Positions 25,465 to 30,472 of a stretch of 30,472 bases of DNA are shown here, piece after piece. Origin of the DNA: Anaerolineales bacterium (GTDB lineage: Bacteria > Chloroflexota > Anaerolineae > Anaerolineales > Villigracilaceae); contig JANTFU010000001.1 of assembly GCA_024763295.1 (NCBI GenBank), forward strand, positions 1-30,472. Direction: 5' to 3'. The notes below the pieces were generated by a model. It saw only the letters and a list, made by a program, of their open reading frames with translations. It was not told the origin of the DNA and searched no databases. Position numbers and translations under genes: made by a program. Within the stretch, counting starts at the first letter, position 1. Each line of letters opens with the position of its first letter.

Positions 25465-27363
25465 TTAAGCCTCTGAAAGCACAATCAGTTGATCGCTCTC
25501 TTGAAACAAAATCTCTTTTGCCTTATTCGGATTCAATTGAATGCCATACTGACTTTCAGCATTGCCCGCCTCGCTCGCAATACGATAACCAATCGCGGTT
25601 TGATGGCAGCGACGTGCAGCTTCAACCAGTGTATAAAAATTAACCGGTTCCCCTAATGCAACGTAATTACGAATCGGCTTCAAGTAAATTTCAGACCCAT
25701 CAGCATTGAAAATGTCCGTAAAAACATCGTATAAATGACGGTTTTCTGAAAGTTGTGCCATCATCAAGCTGATTAAATGATCGCTGACAATGAAATCGTT
25801 GACCTGAGCAACCTCGGCAAGCTGACGATTACGCAAATCGAGCATCTCACTTACGATGGAAAATTTACGTCCGGAATGCTCGGCTATATCACGCAAATGC
25901 AGCAGCGTCACCAGTGTGTTGGCATCAGCATCCTGTACGGATAAATTGCCACAACTCAGCACGATAATATGCTCAAATAACGCCGGATTTAATTCGTTGA
26001 GCAACTGACGGCTGGTCGGATCACCAAGTCGAAAATGGATATCCAAATTTTCTACCGGCGCAAGGCACTTCTGAAATTCCTTCTCGGCATTTTGGCTAGC
26101 AACCACCAACGCCGTTGAACCGGCAGCCACATAATTATTTAGCTCGCATAAAATCGTCGAAGCAGAACGATTCCAGCCGAGAATGAGTGCCTTTTCTGCG
26201 GTCGCCGGGTCCGGATCACAATTATTCTGTATCTGGGGAAGATTAATCGGAATCTCGCTTAACCCGGATATCTTTACCGTGTCATCATCTTCGGAAATCG
26301 CAAAAATTTGATCGTTGCTTGCAATTGGCGTTTCCATTGGCGGGTTTATTAAAACCTTGCCATCTGCCTGATACAAGCCAATTACCGAGGATGTTTCGTA
26401 CTTGTTTAATAGCTCACCATATTTTTTCCCTGCAAAACGCCCAACACCTTCCAAATAAATTTCGTCCCCTTCAAATTCAAATAGTTGAGTATAGATTACC
26501 GACAAGCCCGACTGGCGTGAGGTCTGCGTCATAATACGGGCAATCATGTCGCTACTCAAAATCGGCTGGACAATATCTCGCTCGCTAATCGTGCGCAAAA
26601 CATCTAAATTTTTCTCGTCGAGTAACTGAGTCACAATATGGTAAGGCTCGTCGTGACGATTGGGGTTGTTTGTGATTGCCAAAACAACTTTAATGACGTA
26701 GGCATCTTCATCTCCGCTGTTGGGCGGCAAGATGATAATAGAACGCGCCTGATGCGGATTCACGATTTCAAGGTCATTGGGATCAATCGGGCTGCCATTG
26801 CGGAAAATAACGCGCGTATGTCCGCGTTTTTTAACACGGGCATTGAACTCATCTTCCATCGCGAGCTTATCTTTTTCCGCCAAAACCACAATCCGCGCCT
26901 TGCGTTGATTTTCATTCGCAATCATGAGTTCGGATAATATCGTAAATATCTGCGGTGACCAGCCCAAAATAACGGTATGGTCTTTTTCAATAACCAGTGA
27001 ACGTCCTTTTCGCAAACGTTCAAGTTGCTGATTAAGTTCATTAGAAAGCACACCGATTAAAGTACTCACAACGAAGATTCCGCCCAGAGTCACAAAAAGC
27101 ATACTGAGGCGATATTCGAGCAAGCCTTCATCACTGCCCATTGTGCCGGGATCGAGAGTCCGCATTAGGCTGCTCCACAACAAATGGGTGTATTTTTCAT
27201 CTGTTGGGGAAATACCACGAAAACGGATATACGTTGCCGTAATCACGATAATGATGATCGAAATGACAAAAAGCCCGCTCACCAAAGCAGGCGTGCCGAA
27301 AGACATAAAACGGTCCCACAGATAGTGGGTTCGTTGACGTAAGGTGGGTTTGCGATAAGCCAT
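25465..27363 (-). CDS. CASTOR/POLLUX (DMI1)-like cation channel with two RCK-like domains
   Basis: Three TM-like segments around the pore signature LW.SLMRTLDPGTMGSD; HTVILGWS, VIFRNGSP, ALILGWN, DANTLVTLLHLRDI, DFIVSDHLISLMMAQLSEN, GSEIYLKP. Confidence 0.85.
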   Translation of the reverse strand: MAYRKPTLRQRTHYLWDRFMSFGTPALVSGLFVISIIIIVITATYIRFRGISPTDEKYTHLLWSSLMRTLDPGTMGSDEGLLEYRLSMLFVTLGGIFVVSTLIGVLSNELNQQLERLRKGRSLVIEKDHTVILGWSPQIFTILSELMIANENQRKARIVVLAEKDKLAMEDEFNARVKKRGHTRVIFRNGSPIDPNDLEIVNPHQARSIIILPPNSGDEDAYVIKVVLAITNNPNRHDEPYHIVTQLLDEKNLDVLRTISERDIVQPILSSDMIARIMTQTSRQSGLSVIYTQLFEFEGDEIYLEGVGRFAGKKYGELLNKYETSSVIGLYQADGKVLINPPMETPIASNDQIFAISEDDDTVKISGLSEIPINLPQIQNNCDPDPATAEKALILGWNRSASTILCELNNYVAAGSTALVVASQNAEKEFQKCLAPVENLDIHFRLGDPTSRQLLNELNPALFEHIIVLSCGNLSVQDADANTLVTLLHLRDIAEHSGRKFSIVSEMLDLRNRQLAEVAQVNDFIVSDHLISLMMAQLSENRHLYDVFTDIFNADGSEIYLKPIRNYVALGEPVNFYTLVEAARRCHQTAIGYRIASEAGNAESQYGIQLNPNKAKEILFQESDQLIVLSEA

Positions 27364-27368
27364 GTATA

Positions 27369-28229
27369 TTAATGATTGATTCGTGAATAAAATTCGGGCA
27401 CGCCTGCCACGTCTACGCGCTGGCGGAAGAGCGCGCCAGCGCCCTGCCCTTCTTCAGCTTTTGTGCCGCCATCGAGCGCGGTAGTGATGTAGAGATCGAG
27501 CAAGTCGTCGCCCCCAAAGCACAGGCTGGAGACTTTTTTGGCGGGAATCTCTATCTTTTGCAGAAACTCGCCCTGCGGCGAATAACGAAAAACGCCGTGC
27601 CCATCCCAGCGGGCAGACCAAATCCCCCCCTCGCTGTCGACTGTCATCCCATCGGGGACGCCGGCTTCGGCGGAGAAATCGCGCCAAAGACGTTGATTGG
27701 CAAGTGCGCCGGTCGCGTGGTCGTAGTCGAAGAGATAGATTTTGTGGGCAAGCGATTCGGTGTAGTAAAACTGTTTGTAGTCACGCGTGAAGCCCATCCC
27801 GTTTGAGATTTGGACGTTTTCGACGAGCGGAACCAAGCTCAAATCACGGTCGAGGCGGTAGAGGCGTCCCCCAGCCGAGGGGCTGGGCATCGTGCCGCAG
27901 AAAACACGTCCTTGCGGGTCGGCAATCACGTCGTTAAAACGGCTTTCACGCTCGGCGGGAATTTCATCAACGAGCGTTGTCAAATCTCCATCGCGCCAGA
28001 GGGCAATCCTGCCGCGTTCCATGAAAAGCAGCAGAGCACCATCTGCCTGAAAGGTGAATCCGCCAACGATGTCACCGGCATAAATTTCTTCAGTTTGGTC
28101 GCTGGCGGGGTCGTAGCGAAAAAGCCGACCGGTAGGAATATCGGTAAAATAGAGTTTTTTCTCGGCGGGATGCCAGAGCGGATTTTCGCCGGTTTGCATT
28201 TTAGGGTCTGTGATTTGTTCAAGGGACAT
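27369..28229 (-). CDS. SMP-30/gluconolactonase/LRE family protein
   Basis: GENPLW, RFNDVIADPQGRVFCGTM, ISNGMGF, PDGMTVDSEG, LCFGG. Confidence 0.93.
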   Translation of the reverse strand: MSLEQITDPKMQTGENPLWHPAEKKLYFTDIPTGRLFRYDPASDQTEEIYAGDIVGGFTFQADGALLLFMERGRIALWRDGDLTTLVDEIPAERESRFNDVIADPQGRVFCGTMPSPSAGGRLYRLDRDLSLVPLVENVQISNGMGFTRDYKQFYYTESLAHKIYLFDYDHATGALANQRLWRDFSAEAGVPDGMTVDSEGGIWSARWDGHGVFRYSPQGEFLQKIEIPAKKVSSLCFGGDDLLDLYITTALDGGTKAEEGQGAGALFRQRVDVAGVPEFYSRINH

Positions 28230-28329
28230 GCTGCCTCGCAGTTTTGTAAGATGAGCGAATTATAACGAAATTTGTATATTTGCCTGCTTTCTTTATGGTA
28301 TCATCACGCAAACCTGAAAAGGATAGATT

Positions 28330-28692
28330 ATGGATAATAAAATTACAATCATCGAAGGACCGCCACCCGTTTTTGAGCCTGTGCAAGAAGCCTGGGCGCT
28401 AAGCCTGACGGAAGGTCCACAAAGTTTTGTGAATGCCCTAACGCGCCTGCGAACCTTTAACGGCGCCAAACTTGTCGAACGCTGCTACCGCGCTTGGAAT
28501 AATCAGATGCCCATGCACCTGCTCTATCGCAATGAGATGGGTTTAGAGCACGAAGCCCCGATCCACGCCGCGCGTACCATCGACAGCGAAGAAGGCGATA
28601 TTTTGCTCTTGTGGGTTTATCTTGACCCCAACACAGTGGAATTTGAATTCGACAGCAGCAGCGACGAAGACGGATTTGAAGACGAGCTTTAG
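28330..28692 (+). CDS. Hypothetical 120-aa protein with acidic tail
   Basis: Host-like codon usage, AAGGA RBS, upstream TG-G-TATCAT element, downstream terminator. Confidence 0.8.
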   Translation: MDNKITIIEGPPPVFEPVQEAWALSLTEGPQSFVNALTRLRTFNGAKLVERCYRAWNNQMPMHLLYRNEMGLEHEAPIHAARTIDSEEGDILLLWVYLDPNTVEFEFDSSSDEDGFEDEL

Positions 28693-28708
28693 TCTAATGG
28701 AAGCAAGA

Positions 28709-28743
28709 TGACTGTTACCTTTTGGCAGCAGTCACTTTTTTTT
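28709..28743 (+). terminator. Probable intrinsic terminator
   Basis: TGACTG...CAGTCA stem followed by 8 Ts. Confidence 0.65.
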
Positions 28744-28773
28744 GCGAAACGAACCTGACCTGAGGAGGATTCC

Positions 28774-29550
28774 GTGCCCCTGATTTTGTCCAGCCTTCAA
28801 CATAATACCCTCACCTTAAAACTCAATCGTCCCGAGAAAGCTAACGCCTTCAACCACGAGATGATCGCCGAACTGCGTAGCGCGCTCAATGATGCCGCTG
28901 AAAACGACGCGGTGCGCGCCATCCTGCTAACCGGCGAGGGAAACACATTCTGCGCCGGGCAAGACATTAATGAAATGCTTTCCGCGCGCGAACAGAACAT
29001 CTCGTATCTTGAGCATTTGCGTGAGAGCTACAACCCGCTGGTACTTAAATTGCGCCAAATCGAAAAACCGGTTGTGGCGGCAATCAATGGCTCGGTGGCG
29101 GGTGCGGGTTTGGGCGTGGCGTTGGCGTGTGATTTGCGAATTGCGGCAGAAGATACCCAATTCACGGTCGGGTTTACGGGCATCGGCTTGATGCCGGATT
29201 CAGGCGTATCCCTTTTACTGCCTGCCCTGATCGGGTTAGGACGTGCCACAGAATACACCTTCAGCAATTTGCCCATCTCCGCGCAGGATGCGCTGGCTTG
29301 GGGCATGGTCAATCGGCTGGTCCCTGCGGATGCACTCCTACCAACCGCCACACAGATCACGATGATGATGGCACTCGGTCCCGTTGGGGCATACGGCGCA
29401 AGCAAGAAGGCGTTCAATCGCGCTGTGCTACCCAATTTAGAAGAAATCCTTGAGTACGAAGGCGAACTCCAAGACGAACGCCGCATGGAAGAAGAACATC
29501 GCATTGGCGTGGATGCCTTTTTGAAAAAAGAAAGACCGAATTTCCTTTAG
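28774..29550 (+). CDS. Enoyl-CoA hydratase/isomerase (PaaG-like crotonase family)
   Basis: LNRPEKANAF, FCAGQD, AAINGSVAGAGLGVALACD, GLMPDSG; GTG start behind GAGGAGG. Confidence 0.93.
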   Translation: MPLILSSLQHNTLTLKLNRPEKANAFNHEMIAELRSALNDAAENDAVRAILLTGEGNTFCAGQDINEMLSAREQNISYLEHLRESYNPLVLKLRQIEKPVVAAINGSVAGAGLGVALACDLRIAAEDTQFTVGFTGIGLMPDSGVSLLLPALIGLGRATEYTFSNLPISAQDALAWGMVNRLVPADALLPTATQITMMMALGPVGAYGASKKAFNRAVLPNLEEILEYEGELQDERRMEEEHRIGVDAFLKKERPNFL

Positions 29551-29572
29551 CCATTCAGTTGAAATTTCATAT

Positions 29573-29608
29573 AAAAAAGTCGGTCACACGCATGTGTGAC
29601 CGACTTTT
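29573..29608. terminator. Bidirectional intrinsic terminator
   Basis: AAAAAAGTCGGTCACAC-GCAT-GTGTGACCGACTTTT between convergent genes. Confidence 0.9.
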
Positions 29609-29624
29609 ATTTAATGTGCGTTTT

Positions 29625-30254
29625 TTATGGTAATGTAATTTCAACAAGGTTCGATGTATCAAAACCAAAGAGATAGGTCGCTGGTCTTGCACCATCTGTT
29701 GCCCAGACTCCCCGGAGATAGAGGGTTTCTTCATTGAAGACCAAAGTTTCTAAATCGTAATGCGGATACAAGTAAAGCGTTGTTGGATCAAAAGAATCAT
29801 CGTTAGGTGAAACCAAGCTCCCACCAAAATTGGGATACCAGCCATCCCCATTCGGATCGATAATATAAACATCTTCCCAAGAAACACTGCGAGTTTGTCC
29901 TGAAACATTCTTAATCACAACACTCACATCTAAAAATTGTCCTCCGGGTTCGGTTGGCGTGTAAATAAAACCGCCCGATGAGATCTTCTCAAAATATCTC
30001 GCGTAGACAACCGTCACCTCATAATCATCGCTAATTGCGGGTACGCCAACCGGCACAAAAGTCGGCGTGGGCGGAATTTCCGTTGCGGTCGGCATGGGTG
30101 TGTTGGTCGGCGTTGGCTCAGGAGTGGATGTTTTGGTTGGCACAGCTGTGTTTGTCGGGGCTGGTGTTTCCGTTGGCGGCATAGGTGTAGCGCTACAAGC
30201 AGCACTCACAACCAGCGTGAACAGAAAGACAAAGAGCAAGGATGTTTTTTTCAT
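29625..30254 (-). CDS. Putative lipoprotein with Thr/Pro-rich linker and Ig-like (DUF4352-like) domain
   Basis: MKK plus hydrophobic helix and lipobox SAAC; TPAPTNT/TPEPTPT tract; FLDVSVVIKN...VYIIDPNG. Confidence 0.8.
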   Translation of the reverse strand: MKKTSLLFVFLFTLVVSAACSATPMPPTETPAPTNTAVPTKTSTPEPTPTNTPMPTATEIPPTPTFVPVGVPAISDDYEVTVVYARYFEKISSGGFIYTPTEPGGQFLDVSVVIKNVSGQTRSVSWEDVYIIDPNGDGWYPNFGGSLVSPNDDSFDPTTLYLYPHYDLETLVFNEETLYLRGVWATDGARPATYLFGFDTSNLVEITLP

Positions 30255-30400
30255 TGTTTTTTCCTTTCTAGGTTGAAATACAATATTTTTATGATGGCGG
30301 ACGAGAGAAGCCCTCTAAAAAAACACAAGATACTGCGCAACCGTAAACAAAACATAAACGCATAGCGATAAAAGCATGGAATTTTGGGGGAAAGTTGCCG

Positions 30401-30457
30401 CTCCTCCCCTAAATTCGACAGCACTATCGTCGCATTTGGGGGAGGTTGGGAGGGGGC
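30401..30457. repeat. Polypyrimidine/polypurine palindromic repeat
   Basis: CTCCTCCCCTAAATTCGAC ... GTCGCATTTGGGGGAGGTTGGGAGGGGG. Confidence 0.7.
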
Positions 30458-30472
30458 AGGTTTTACCAAATT

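Noticed and set aside
25235-25468. 75-aa and 60-aa ORFs, or a DUF559-like nuclease remnant, next to the CCCTCACCC repeat
   Set aside because: Their distinctive residues come from translating the palindrome, and no frame shows nuclease motifs I can identify.
1-30472. The many other short ORFs in the track that overlap assigned genes; tRNA and rRNA genes
   Set aside because: The ORFs are antisense or out-of-frame shadows expected in GC-rich coding DNA. No cloverleaf or rRNA-like sequence was recognised.

Overview
Bacterial chromosomal window made up mostly of housekeeping genes; the gene set and the many Thr/Pro-linker exported proteins suggest Chloroflexota/Anaerolineae (inference). In order: the tail of a biotin-dependent acyl-CoA carboxylase operon (split BCCP subunit, MaoC hydratase), DegV, yebC-ruvC-ruvA, tsaE-tsaB, a nucleotide-sugar dehydrogenase and epimerase, an AT-rich minus-strand cassette (hypothetical, HTH-PD-(D/E)xK nuclease, 64-aa ORF, MazG-like pyrophosphatase), lgt, a membrane Ser/Thr kinase, a secreted papain-like peptidase, a short SSB, a 66-aa protein, panC, a DUF389-SH3 protein, clpC, an F420-dependent LLM oxidoreductase, an M42 peptidase, a thioesterase, a CASTOR/POLLUX-like channel, an SMP-30 lactonase, an enoyl-CoA hydratase and a lipoprotein. 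No rRNA, tRNA, CRISPR array, integrase or transposase was found. The intergenic DNA carries many distinct families of short palindromic repeats and MITEs. The best-supported unusual structure is a doubly nested MITE at 4517-5053 whose empty progenitor lies at 18062-18188. The best candidate for an undescribed system is the methylase-less nuclease/MazG cassette at 9034-10655; a defence role is inferred, not shown.
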